From the NCBI GenBank assembly GCA_965116925.1, contig OZ220744.1, positions 1,984,001 to 2,048,000 on the forward strand: DNA of 64,000 bases. The letters are read 5' to 3'. The stretch's first letter is position 1. Every line of letters begins with the position of its first letter. The notes below the pieces were generated by a model. It ran no database searches. It saw only the letters and a list, made by a program, of their open reading frames with translations, and was not told the origin of the DNA. Shown one piece after another: positions 8,974 through 18,657 of the stretch. The translations under genes and the position numbers were made by a program. The stretch is from Candidatus Poribacteria bacterium. GTDB lineage: Bacteria > Poribacteria > WGA-4E > PCPOR2b.

Positions 8974-9015
8974 AGTATAATCGAGAAAACAGTAAATGTC
9001 AATTAAAATAATTGA
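8974..9015 (-). promoter_or_regulatory. Sigma70 promoter with overlapping palindrome upstream of DUF2089
   Basis: TTGACA(9002-8997)-17 bp-TATACT. Inverted repeat TCAATTA-AAA-TAATTGA at 8999-9015. Confidence 0.6.
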
Positions 9016-9244
9016 TTATATTGATTTAATAGGGCAAAATTATCAATTATTATAATTTTATATATTGATGACTAATAAGGTCGTTTCTAACTATCTGAAA
9101 CCGGTTTGATCTACCTCGCACTAGTTTGGAATCGTTGCTGAATTGACTTGATTACATATTTCTATTTTGTTTTTAAGAAGGGTGTATTATAATTACCGTT
9201 ATATTACCCTTGACTTCTCACTTTATAGAACGGAGGAGAGACCT

Positions 9245-10177
9245 ATGAAAATTGGAATTGGTGCTTCAGCGGACCCCCGAGCAACTGTTGAACGTTGCAA
9301 ACAACTCGGCGTGGAGCGCGTTTTTATCAGTTGTGCGTCCCTGCCCGGATATGCGGAGAATGGATATCCGACTCCGGCCAGTCTGCGGGAATTCAAGGGA
9401 CGATTAGAGGATAATGGTGTAGAGGTGCCAAGTGCCACCTATTGGTTTGCGACGTGGCCCCCGCAACCTTGGCGTGACGGCTCGACGAATCCAGATATAT
9501 TGCTGAATCGTGACCGGCGTTGCACTGATGCTATGTTGCGGATGATCGAGCTTCTGGGAGAAGTTGGTATCACATCGGTATTGCACTACGTTGATATCGG
9601 CAAACCGCTGAATCTCACACAGGAAGCGGATTGCTGGGAGGGACTGATTGACATCTATCGTGAACTGATACCGGTGGCAGAGGCGAATGGCGTTGGCATC
9701 GGAAATCACAGTCTCCACCGGCTCTTGCCTGATGGCGTTCGTGAACGAGCGGTTGCGGAAGGCGTAAGGATTGAAGATTATGGAAGTTATATGACGGAGG
9801 GTTGGGGTGGACCCTTCCTTGTTGGCACGTGGAAAGAGTTGCGGCGATTGGTGAATGCGGTTCCAAGTCCGTCGAATGGTGTGACGTTGTGTACTGGTAT
9901 GGACATCCCCGGCGGGGATGTGCCGGCACTAGTAGCCGAGTTTGCAGGTAAGATCCATTTTTGCCAGCTGCGAGACCACTCTGATCGATGGCCCACCGGA
10001 CGGGAGGGACCCCTTGGCGAAGGACGGGTGAATCTTCCTGCTGTAATTTCCGCCTTGCGAGATGCCAATTATCAAGGCATTCTGAATCCAGAACATCTGG
10101 GGCAGCCGAGATATCCTGGTGAAAATTTGGAAGCAAAGGCGGTTGCCTATATCCAATCCATATTAACTGAGCTTTGA
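9245..10177 (+). CDS. Sugar phosphate isomerase/epimerase-type TIM barrel (UxuA-like)
   Basis: IHFCQLRD, GEGRVNL and ILNPEH motifs. RBS before the ATG at 9245. Confidence 0.7.
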   Translation: MKIGIGASADPRATVERCKQLGVERVFISCASLPGYAENGYPTPASLREFKGRLEDNGVEVPSATYWFATWPPQPWRDGSTNPDILLNRDRRCTDAMLRMIELLGEVGITSVLHYVDIGKPLNLTQEADCWEGLIDIYRELIPVAEANGVGIGNHSLHRLLPDGVRERAVAEGVRIEDYGSYMTEGWGGPFLVGTWKELRRLVNAVPSPSNGVTLCTGMDIPGGDVPALVAEFAGKIHFCQLRDHSDRWPTGREGPLGEGRVNLPAVISALRDANYQGILNPEHLGQPRYPGENLEAKAVAYIQSILTEL

Positions 10178-10212
10178 GGAATTAGATGACCAATAATTGA
10201 GGGGGCAATAGT

Positions 10213-11025
10213 ATGCAGACACGGAAACTGGCAACGCTTCAAGTGCCGCCTATCGGAATGGGCACCTGGAAAACGTTTGATGTCCGCTCAGACGCGGAGA
10301 TCGCTATTCGTAAGAAGATTATCGCAGCCTGCCTCTCAGAGGGTGTTGCCTTGCTCGACTCGTCGCCGATGTATGGCGAAAGTGAAAGAGTGGTTGGCGT
10401 AACGACCGAGGGCAAGCGAGAACAGTTTCAGCTTGCGACGAAGGTTTGGTGTACGGGGTTGTCACAGGGTAAAGCTGAGATTACCCGATCCTTTGAACGG
10501 TTTCGGACCGATTATATTGATGTCTTTCAGATCCACAATCTCTTGGATTGGCAAACCCACCTGTCAACGCTAGAACGGTTGAAGGCGGAAGGGAAAATCG
10601 GTCTTATCGGCATCACACACTATATGACCGCATCTTATCCTGAGATGATCCGAATCATGAAGGGGGGACGGATCAGTACGATTCAAATCCCCTACAACGT
10701 ATTGGAACGAACATGCGAACAGGAAATTTTGCCGCTTGCCGAGGAACTCGGTATCGGCGTGATTGTGATGCAGCCGCTCGGCGTGGGGAGATTGGTGACG
10801 GGACTCAGAAGGGAACCGGATCTCGCGCCACTTCGAGCGCATGGGATAGAGACATGGGCACAGGCATTATTGGCGTGGATCCTCGCGGATATGCGGATAA
10901 GCGTCGTGATTCCGGCGACATCAAAACCAGAACGGATTCGAGAGAATGCTGTAGTGGGTGGGCTGCCCCCACTGCCACAGGAGTTACGGATGTATATTGA
11001 GCAGGAAACGCAACGATGCCTCTGA
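10213..11025 (+). CDS. Aldo/keto reductase
   Basis: IGMGTW, DSSPMYG, ATK, IHNL and IPATS motifs. Confidence 0.9.
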   Translation: MQTRKLATLQVPPIGMGTWKTFDVRSDAEIAIRKKIIAACLSEGVALLDSSPMYGESERVVGVTTEGKREQFQLATKVWCTGLSQGKAEITRSFERFRTDYIDVFQIHNLLDWQTHLSTLERLKAEGKIGLIGITHYMTASYPEMIRIMKGGRISTIQIPYNVLERTCEQEILPLAEELGIGVIVMQPLGVGRLVTGLRREPDLAPLRAHGIETWAQALLAWILADMRISVVIPATSKPERIRENAVVGGLPPLPQELRMYIEQETQRCL

Positions 11026-11074
11026 CCGATTTTTTTCTAAGCTATAGCTTGACTTTGCATGAAAGGAGTTTTAT

Positions 11075-11953
11075 ATGCTGACTCAAGAGCAGGTCGATTT
11101 CTATCAAACCAACGGTTATATCGTCGTTGAAAACGTAATTTCAACGGAAGATCTCGTGGAGCTGCGCAGGATTACTGATGAATTTGTCCATAAATCCCGC
11201 GAGGTGACTGAACATACCGATGTTTTTGACCTTGAGCCCGGGCACACGCCAAAGGTGCCTCAGTTGCGGCGTCTCAAAAATCCGGTAGTCCTGCACCCAA
11301 TTTACGACAAGATGCTTCGCCACAACTACATTCTCAACAGCGTTGCCCAACTGATTGGACCGAATATTCGTTATGACACCTCCAAACTTAACATGAAATC
11401 CGCTGGGTTCGGTAGTCCCGTTGAATGGCATCAGGATTTTGCGTTCGCGACGCCAGTAACCAACGATGATATGCTGTCGGTCGGTTTAGCGATTGACGAT
11501 ATGACGCAGGAAAACGGCTGCCTACTGTTTATCCCAGGTTCGCATAAAGGCCCAATTTACGACCATTACCAGAACGATGTTTTTGTTGGTGGAATTACTG
11601 ACCCCAATTTCAGACCGGATAACGCCGTTCCTATTGAGGTAAAGGCTGGCGGTATCACGATCCATCACACCCGTACCCTGCACGCCTCTGCACCTAACTC
11701 TAGTGGACAATCCCGCCGTTTGTTTCTGCTCCAATACTCCGCAGCTGACACACTGCCTAAACGACCCATTACTGACTGGAAGGCCTTAGACGCTGCCATG
11801 CTACGTGGTGAACAGGTCCGCGAACCCCGCTATACCGATACTCCGCCTGTTCCTCGTCCCGACAATCCCCGGTCTGGGGGGCGTGGTGGGTCCATCTACG
11901 AAATACAGACACTCTTGGCGAAGAAGCGAGTGTCCGAAGGTGTACCCAAGTAG
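11075..11953 (+). CDS. Phytanoyl-CoA dioxygenase (PhyH) family protein
   Basis: WHQD, ENGCL.FIPGSH and distal LH.S motifs. Confidence 0.9.
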   Translation: MLTQEQVDFYQTNGYIVVENVISTEDLVELRRITDEFVHKSREVTEHTDVFDLEPGHTPKVPQLRRLKNPVVLHPIYDKMLRHNYILNSVAQLIGPNIRYDTSKLNMKSAGFGSPVEWHQDFAFATPVTNDDMLSVGLAIDDMTQENGCLLFIPGSHKGPIYDHYQNDVFVGGITDPNFRPDNAVPIEVKAGGITIHHTRTLHASAPNSSGQSRRLFLLQYSAADTLPKRPITDWKALDAAMLRGEQVREPRYTDTPPVPRPDNPRSGGRGGSIYEIQTLLAKKRVSEGVPK

Positions 11954-12035
11954 GAAGGTGAATTGAGAGGGGTGAAAAACTACTGGGAATTTGGGGAACA
12001 TAGACAGGCAAGAGAAAATGTGTCCTGTATTTTTC

Positions 12036-12065
12036 TTGACACTTCAAGAGCGGATTTGCTATTAT
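12036..12065 (+). promoter_or_regulatory. Putative sigma70 promoter
   Basis: TTGACA-18 bp-TATTAT. Confidence 0.5.
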
Positions 12066-12186
12066 TCCCACACATCCTCCATCATAACATTTGGAGCGGG
12101 TAAATGAGGGTAGGCTCCTGATTCCATCGGTGGTCTGTCGCACAATGTTTAGGGATTTGTATCAATGCAAGGGAGGTATCACGTCG

Positions 12187-12888
12187 ATGAAATCCAATTA
12201 TTTCTTCTTGATAGTTCTCGTGCTGGCTCCCGTTTTGGTGTGGAACGCAACTAGTTTCGCTGGTACATGGCGCGACGACTTTGAAGACAGAATTACTAGG
12301 GAATGGAAAATCTACAATTTAGACCGTCAGGTTGAAAATTGGTGGATCAATCGGGGTGAAGCAGCCGGACGAATCTTTAAGCGTGGATTTATCAGTCTAT
12401 GGTTGACGGGAGAGTTGGACTGGGAGAACTACTCGGTTTCATGTCGAGCCAAATTGGTCAAAGAGCGTAGCGATCCAGCACGTGTCGGGCTCTCGTTACA
12501 CGACAGAGGTGATGAGCACACCCGTTATCTATTTTTTATCGACTTCTTTTCTAGCACCGTGTTGATCACTAGGGCGGAACCAAATCAATGGTTTACGCGG
12601 GAGTTTCCTTTTGTCTCGGACATTGATACATGGTATAAACTCAGGGCAACCGTCGGTGAGGGTCAACTTGAATTTCAGGTCAATGATCAGGTTTTTACGG
12701 CGGAAGATCAGTTTCCTCTCAAACCCGGTCAAGCAGGGTTGGTAGTCGGTAATGCAGAGGCCCGCTTTGATGATGTCGCAATTACAGGAGTAAATATCAA
12801 GAACGGTGGGCCAGGGCGTCAACAACTCCCCGTGGACACGCAGGGATCACTTACGACAACGTGGGGACGAATCAAACAAGACAGGTGA
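12187..12888 (+). CDS. Secreted beta-sandwich (concanavalin/DUF1080-like) protein with LTTTWGRIK C-terminal motif
   Basis: Signal peptide, WRDDFED start, FDDV end, PVDTQGSLTTTWGRIK tail. GGAGG RBS. Confidence 0.65.
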   Translation: MKSNYFFLIVLVLAPVLVWNATSFAGTWRDDFEDRITREWKIYNLDRQVENWWINRGEAAGRIFKRGFISLWLTGELDWENYSVSCRAKLVKERSDPARVGLSLHDRGDEHTRYLFFIDFFSSTVLITRAEPNQWFTREFPFVSDIDTWYKLRATVGEGQLEFQVNDQVFTAEDQFPLKPGQAGLVVGNAEARFDDVAITGVNIKNGGPGRQQLPVDTQGSLTTTWGRIKQDR

Positions 12889-12964
12889 ACGTAGGTGTCA
12901 TCTTTGGTTCGTTTGACGATCTTCGTCTGAATTGGTGGCTGAAGGAACGGGTATCAGATTGTAC

Positions 12965-12993
12965 TTGCACCCACTGAGGGATTGTGCTACAAT
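12965..12993 (+). promoter_or_regulatory. Putative sigma70 promoter of gspG
   Basis: TTGCAC-17 bp-TACAAT with extended TG. Confidence 0.5.
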
Positions 12994-13025
12994 GAGACAG
13001 ATCTTTTAATGAAGGAGGCTACTGT

Positions 13026-13478
13026 TTGAGAAACATTGATAATCAACCATCTGGTTTTACATCTACACAACTCCTCATTGTGATTGTTATTATCGGGATT
13101 GTGGTTGCTGTTGTGCTAGCATCAGGCTTATTGGGGCAGGCAGGAAAAGCGGATCAGGCCCAAGCAGCGGAAGAGATTGAAACTATCGGCATTGCACTGG
13201 ATACCTACGCGAAAGATAATGGGGATTATCCCTCGACTGAACAAGGACTGGCAGCACTGTGGGAGAAACCTGAGCAGCCGCCAGTTCCTGTCAATTGGTT
13301 GGGTCCATATTTGAAGGTTCCTATCACAAAGGATCCGTGGGGAAACACTTACATCTACATCCGTCCCGGTGTCCATGACCGATACGGTTACGATCTGATC
13401 TCTTTCGGCAGCGATGGACGCGAGGGGGGTGCCGGCGACGCAGAGGATATCGTTAGTTGGATTCGTCCGGATGAGTAA
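13026..13478 (+). CDS. gspG: Type II secretion major pseudopilin GspG-like protein
   Basis: G/FT prepilin site, hydrophobic helix, YPSTEQGL, W.GPYL, DPWG and S.G.DG.EGG motifs. TTG start with AGGAGG RBS. Confidence 0.85.
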   Translation: MRNIDNQPSGFTSTQLLIVIVIIGIVVAVVLASGLLGQAGKADQAQAAEEIETIGIALDTYAKDNGDYPSTEQGLAALWEKPEQPPVPVNWLGPYLKVPITKDPWGNTYIYIRPGVHDRYGYDLISFGSDGREGGAGDAEDIVSWIRPDE

Positions 13479-13519
13479 AGTGTAGAGTGGAAAATCTAAG
13501 GTGCGCTGTTAATTCATGA

Positions 13520-14233
13520 CTAACGGGCAGTGGAAATCGCGACCCTCAGATCTAAGGCACCGGTATAAAGCGCTCGACCGACGATAGCACCGTGAACCGC
13601 TATTGCTTTGAGGGCTTGGACATCTTGAATTGATGTGACCCCACCGGAGGCGATGACGTTTACCGAAACGGCGGCAGCGATGGCTGCCGTAGTTTCCAAG
13701 TTGGGTCCTTGGAGCATCCCATCGCTTTTGATGTCTGTATAGATAATGGTTTGAACCCCACAATCTTCCATCTCTTGAGCAAATGCGAGGGCGGATTTTT
13801 CAGAGACATCAAGCCAGCCTTCTGTGGCAACCATCCCATCTTTTGCATCGATACCGACAGCGATTCGAGATCCGTACTTTTTGCAGGCGGCTTCGACCAA
13901 CGGCGGATCTTTGAGGGCAGCCGTACCCAGAATTGCTCTTGTCACACCGAGTGCTAGTACGTCATCTAGCCTTTCCATTGTCCGAATGCCTCCCCCCAGT
14001 TGGACGGGAATCTGAAGCATTTCGACAATTTCCTTGACGATTTGGAGATTATCGGATACTGCACTAAACGCACCGTCAAGGTCTACAAGGTGAAGGTATT
14101 CGGCACCGCTTTCTTGCCACTGTTGGGCCATTTCCGCAGGTTGGTCTGAGAAGATTGTTTCCTCCCTTGCTCGTCCCTGCACTAGATTTACACATTTTCC
14201 ATTTCGGAGATCAATTGCTGGCAAAATTAACAC
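13520..14233 (-). CDS. hisA: ProFAR isomerase
   Basis: PAIDL, HLVDLDGA, QLGGGIR, TDIKSDG and ASGG motifs. Confidence 0.95.
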   Translation of the reverse strand: MLILPAIDLRNGKCVNLVQGRAREETIFSDQPAEMAQQWQESGAEYLHLVDLDGAFSAVSDNLQIVKEIVEMLQIPVQLGGGIRTMERLDDVLALGVTRAILGTAALKDPPLVEAACKKYGSRIAVGIDAKDGMVATEGWLDVSEKSALAFAQEMEDCGVQTIIYTDIKSDGMLQGPNLETTAAIAAAVSVNVIASGGVTSIQDVQALKAIAVHGAIVGRALYTGALDLRVAISTAR

Positions 14234-14253
14234 GATTGTTAGAACTCCCTGTC

Positions 14254-14442
14254 TCGCCCCCTGGTAGGTGCGGTTTTATGAAGTTTAAGTATTTAAATCG
14301 GTAATCCCGGTTTTCCTCGAAACATATGGTAGGCGCGGTTTGCAACCGCGCCGGCGTCGATAACAAATTACCGAATTATTTTTTTAATTTTCATTCAACC
14401 GCACCGGTTTGGAGCGTCTCATTAATTCTAAAATCCACTATA
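14254..14442. mobile_element. Partial family A MITE with a nested 117-bp inverted-repeat element (14278-14394)
   Basis: The REP stem ggtgcggttt/caaccgcacc is split by an insert with atgaa...tcggtaat / attaccga...ttcat ends. Confidence 0.65.
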
Positions 14443-14495
14443 GTTAGTATTAATTGTACGGATTTGAATGATTCGATTAAAGAAAGGAATCGCAG

Positions 14496-15224
14496 ATGCG
14501 TCCAGTTATTGGCATCACTTGCAGCTTAACAGCAAGCCCTATCGGCGACTCCATATACGCCCTGGAACGCAACATCGTCGCGTGCGACTATGCTCGTGCG
14601 ATTGAATACGTTGGTGGCACCCCGTTCCTCGTGCCACACGTTGAAGATATGGAGCGCATCGACCGATACTTGGGAGTGCTTGACGGGCTCGTTCTCTCTG
14701 GCGGTGGTGACATTGATCCATTACTGTTTGGTCAGGAGCCTCATCAAAACATGGGCAGCGTTGACCGCGTGCGCGATGAGATGGAACTGCAGCTTACTCA
14801 AAAAGCATTAGACCAGGACCTACCGATTCTCGCAATTTGCCGCGGGATTCAGATGCTGAATGTTGCGGCCGGTGGTACGATTTACCAAGATATTACCGCT
14901 GAGATGCCGCAGCCAACTCTGTGTCATTCGCAAAGTGGTGCCGGTTGGTACGCTTCCCATACAATTGATATTCTGTCCGATAGCCGTCTGTTTCAGATTT
15001 TCGGCAGTCCAACTACCCGCGTCAATTCCTTCCACCACCAAGCAGTGCGGGATGTCCCCGAAGGTTTCATTGTAACCGCCAAAGCGAAGGATAACGTCAT
15101 CGAAGCCATTGAAAGCCCAACCCACCGATTTGCGCTTGGCGTGCAGTGCCACCCTGAGATGATGTGGGAACGCCATCCGGAAGCCCTGAATCTGTTCACG
15201 GCGTTTCTGAAAGCGTGCCAATGA
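14496..15224 (+). CDS. Gamma-glutamyl-gamma-aminobutyrate hydrolase family (peptidase C26, PuuD-like)
   Basis: SGGGD, ICRGIQ, NSFHHQA and QCHPE motifs. Confidence 0.9.
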   Translation: MRPVIGITCSLTASPIGDSIYALERNIVACDYARAIEYVGGTPFLVPHVEDMERIDRYLGVLDGLVLSGGGDIDPLLFGQEPHQNMGSVDRVRDEMELQLTQKALDQDLPILAICRGIQMLNVAAGGTIYQDITAEMPQPTLCHSQSGAGWYASHTIDILSDSRLFQIFGSPTTRVNSFHHQAVRDVPEGFIVTAKAKDNVIEAIESPTHRFALGVQCHPEMMWERHPEALNLFTAFLKACQ

Positions 15225-15239
15225 CCGAACGGATTCCTA

Positions 15240-16025
15240 CTACGCCCAGATCTTACTTTCACGCCCTTCCACCCGATGATCATACAGTAGCTTTGTCTCC
15301 TCTGGGAACGTATCAAACACGTCCGCCGGGATCGGTGCTGTATTGACGCCAAAGAATTCCAGATTGAGCCACCACGGTGCGTAGCGCGCCACCACTGCGG
15401 TTCGGGGCTTTTCGCTGGGGCTGGCTGCGTTTGAGTGCCAGATACGGCTGTCCATTATCAGGACGCTGCCTGCTTCACCGGTTGCTTGCAATTCGCCCGG
15501 AATTGGCGCGAACTCATCGATCCCGTCATTTTCGCCCCTCGGATTTTTTTGGCTGACGTGGGTGCCGGGCACTACCCATGTACCGCCATTGCTGGTTGTG
15601 AACGGAGTGAGCATCCACAAGGTTGTGATGCCGATCACCGCTTTGGGAAAAGGTTGGCTGACGTGCCACGGTTGTTTGAGGTCGTGTGGGAAGTCCGAGT
15701 GGTAGGCGCGGTTCAACTCGTAGTGTGGCGGACGAATCTTGTACTCGGTCTGGGAGATTCGCACTTGTGGTCCTAACATTGCTTTAACGACGTTCAGAAA
15801 ACGTTTGTTCGACAGATGAGGTGCCAGCGACGGGAAAAAGGCGATGACGTTTTTTGACCATCGATCATGTTCTTCGCTGAATTTTTTATACGATGGCTCA
15901 GATGTCTCTACCTCTTCACGTACGGCATCCACTTCATCTGCGGGGATGATGCCATCCATTACGCACCAACCCTCTTGTTCCAATTGCGTGACATACTTAT
16001 CGGTTGCCCGATCTAATCTCTCCAT
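15240..16025 (-). CDS. PhyH family dioxygenase
   Basis: YHSD, NGGT.VVPGTH and WH motifs. Start shortened because the longer ORF runs into a MITE. Confidence 0.85.
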   Translation of the reverse strand: MERLDRATDKYVTQLEQEGWCVMDGIIPADEVDAVREEVETSEPSYKKFSEEHDRWSKNVIAFFPSLAPHLSNKRFLNVVKAMLGPQVRISQTEYKIRPPHYELNRAYHSDFPHDLKQPWHVSQPFPKAVIGITTLWMLTPFTTSNGGTWVVPGTHVSQKNPRGENDGIDEFAPIPGELQATGEAGSVLIMDSRIWHSNAASPSEKPRTAVVARYAPWWLNLEFFGVNTAPIPADVFDTFPEETKLLYDHRVEGRESKIWA

Positions 16026-16072
16026 AACATGCACACTCCTTCTTGCAAATTGGTCGGAAAACTTTCTTGTTT

Positions 16073-16163
16073 CGCTTATGTTAAAATTTAGTGCAAAGAA
16101 ACCGAGTTTTTTCTTGAAAACTCGGTTTCTCTTCGTGCTTTGCACTTTCTTTTTTCATGAGCC
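16073..16163. mobile_element. MITE family C
   Basis: cgcttatg...catgagcc flanked by the 8-bp repeat tcttgttt (16065-72, 16164-71). Confidence 0.8.
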
Positions 16164-16226
16164 TCTTGTTTACACGTTTCGACCTGTTTTTCGGTCAGCA
16201 TTTTTCCCTCGCTTGCGAAATAGTGG

Positions 16227-17249
16227 CTATGCTGCGAGTGCTTCCATCTGCTGGGTATACTTGCCGTAACGCGCAGCACTATTGCACTTCGCTCTATGGT
16301 AAAAGACTTTCTGCGCTCTGGAAGGATTAGCAGGGTTTTCACCCCATGCTTCGAGCGTCGGTCCCTGCAGTGCCCGCCCGTAGGAAAAGCTAAGTTCCCA
16401 GGGACAGTTGCCGATGGCGTTCATGGCGTTAAGATGGTCTGTTGCTAGTTTAGCACTTTGACCGCCGGAGAGGAAGACTATTCCGGGCACCGCTGCAGGT
16501 ATAGCGCGTCGGAAACAACGCACGGTCGCCTCGGCTACCTCTTGGACGCCTGCTTGCACCGGGCAGTCTGTCCCCGAAAGCACCATGTTCGGCTTGAGCA
16601 GGGTTCCCTCAAGGACCACACGATGTGCATGGAGTTCAAAATATACCCGTTTCAGTGTTGCTTCTGTAATCTCCTCACAGCGCTGAATAGTGTGTGTCCC
16701 CTCCATTAGGATCTCTGGTTCGACGATGGGGACAAGTCCAACCTCTTGGCATATAGCTGCATAACGTGCCAACGCGTGTGCATTGGCATCAATGGCAAAT
16801 TGGGTGGGAAGACCTTCGCTGACGTTGATGGGGGCCCGCCACTTGCCGAATCTCGCGCCTAGCTCCCTGTATTCGGTGAGGCGTTCACGGAGTCCGTCAA
16901 GCCCCTCTGTCACCGTTTCGCCGGGGAAGCCAGCGAGATCTTTGGGACCGGTGTCGGCTTTGATACCGGGTATGATTCCCTTGTTCACGAGCAGTTCTGG
17001 AAAAGGCGTACTGTTCTGAGCCGCCTGACGGAGCGTCTCTTCAAACAGGATGACTCCACTGATAAATTCTTCCGCGCCGGGTGTAGTGAACAACATCTCA
17101 CGGTAGGCACGACGATTTTCCTCAGTGCACTCAACATTGATACTATCGAAGCGTCTTTTGATGGTAGCATCCCCCTCGTCCGCGGCGAGAATCCCCTTTC
17201 CTGCTGGAACGAGGGCTTGGGCGGTAGATTCAAGTTCGTGTGTTTTCAT
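16227..17249 (-). CDS. fba: Class I fructose-bisphosphate aldolase
   Basis: GKGILAADE, VPIVEPE, LLKPNM, FLSGGQ and SFSYGRALQ motifs. Confidence 0.93.
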   Translation of the reverse strand: MKTHELESTAQALVPAGKGILAADEGDATIKRRFDSINVECTEENRRAYREMLFTTPGAEEFISGVILFEETLRQAAQNSTPFPELLVNKGIIPGIKADTGPKDLAGFPGETVTEGLDGLRERLTEYRELGARFGKWRAPINVSEGLPTQFAIDANAHALARYAAICQEVGLVPIVEPEILMEGTHTIQRCEEITEATLKRVYFELHAHRVVLEGTLLKPNMVLSGTDCPVQAGVQEVAEATVRCFRRAIPAAVPGIVFLSGGQSAKLATDHLNAMNAIGNCPWELSFSYGRALQGPTLEAWGENPANPSRAQKVFYHRAKCNSAARYGKYTQQMEALAA

Positions 17250-17298
17250 AGATTGTAGACTCCTTTCAATGATATGAGATATGCAGATGGATTCATGG

Positions 17299-18336
17299 TT
17301 AATATTCTCGTTCAATAAGAAAATGAACCAGTTGTAGAAAGATATGCTTGGCTTGGGTTTCTGGTAAATCGGAAAATGTCTGGTCAAACTGAGTATATGC
17401 CTGCTGTGCCAGTGTTTTAGCACGTTGCTGGGCGTACTGGATTGATTTATATCGCTCCATTAGTGCTAATACCTCTTGAATTTCGTCCTGACCTTTGTCC
17501 TCACGTCGCTGCCCCATAATTTCAGTGACACGGTTAGCTTCCGTCTGCGAGCAGGTGTTCAGCAGATGGATGAGGATAAGGGTGCGCTTCCCTTCGCTGA
17601 TGTCTCCCCCAATCTCCTTACCATATAGTCTCTCTTCACCGATAAGGTTGAGGACATCATCCTGAATCTGGAAGGCAACCCCAAGATTTTTACCCATATC
17701 AATGAATAGATCCAACCGGTTTTTGGACACCCCTGCGATGCGCGCACCGATGCGACAGGGGGTGATGCAGGTGTAGGAAGCGGTCTTTTTGATACACATC
17801 GTCCAGTAATCCGCTTCCGTCAGATCCCAGCGATTATTTTCAACCCAGCTCAACTCAATATGTTGTCCCTCAACGATGCTATTGCTGAGTTGTGCAAATT
17901 CCGACGCTATCTCAAATGCGAGTTCATATCCGAGCAGATCTGCGTTTCGGTTCAGCATCTCCCACATCTTACAGTGGAGCCCGTCACCCACGTTAATGGC
18001 AATCGGAATCCCATGTTTCTGATGGAGGCACGGCTCGCCGCGACGCAGATCTGACCCATCTTCAATATCATCATGGATCAGTGCCCAGTTTTGCAAGAGT
18101 TCAAGCGCAGCAGCAGCATTGATAGCCTTCTGCGGGTCTCCACCGAACGCCTCGCAAATCAGGAGGCAAATTGCTGGACGTAACCCTTTGCCGGCTCGAA
18201 GTGGGTAATCCAGCATCATTTGGTAGAACTGATGCACTTCAGGGTGATCGTGCTTGCTGGGCAGAAAGTCAAAGATATGTGCATCAATTTGCTTTTTGGT
18301 CTCTTTGAGAAATTCGAGAGGCTGGGCTTTTGACAT
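17299..18336 (-). CDS. Polyprenyl (GGPP-type) diphosphate synthase
   Basis: GKGLRP, HDDIED..RRG, KKTA and FQIQDD motifs. Confidence 0.92.
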   Translation of the reverse strand: MSKAQPLEFLKETKKQIDAHIFDFLPSKHDHPEVHQFYQMMLDYPLRAGKGLRPAICLLICEAFGGDPQKAINAAAALELLQNWALIHDDIEDGSDLRRGEPCLHQKHGIPIAINVGDGLHCKMWEMLNRNADLLGYELAFEIASEFAQLSNSIVEGQHIELSWVENNRWDLTEADYWTMCIKKTASYTCITPCRIGARIAGVSKNRLDLFIDMGKNLGVAFQIQDDVLNLIGEERLYGKEIGGDISEGKRTLILIHLLNTCSQTEANRVTEIMGQRREDKGQDEIQEVLALMERYKSIQYAQQRAKTLAQQAYTQFDQTFSDLPETQAKHIFLQLVHFLIEREY

Positions 18337-18657
18337 ATGAGTTATTGCCTTCTCAAAAACGGTTTGATATAATGTTGCATAGGGAGGAAATCTTGTGCGT
18401 GAAATCGCTTTGATGTCGCTACCTGAAATTATAACCTATATCTCCTCAGTTTTTCAATGTATGAATCCTATTCTCATAAGAAATTATGGTGACAGTTTTA
18501 GGCAGGAATGGTATACTATTTTTTGTGCACAGTTAATCTGTGCATCCTACACTACCGTCCCCTAAGTTGCGCTTTAACTACAACTTGGAAATTTTTCTAT
18601 TTGTGTTGGAGTAGATGACAGGCTGGATCAGTTAATGGAAACGGAGGGAAAGCTCGA

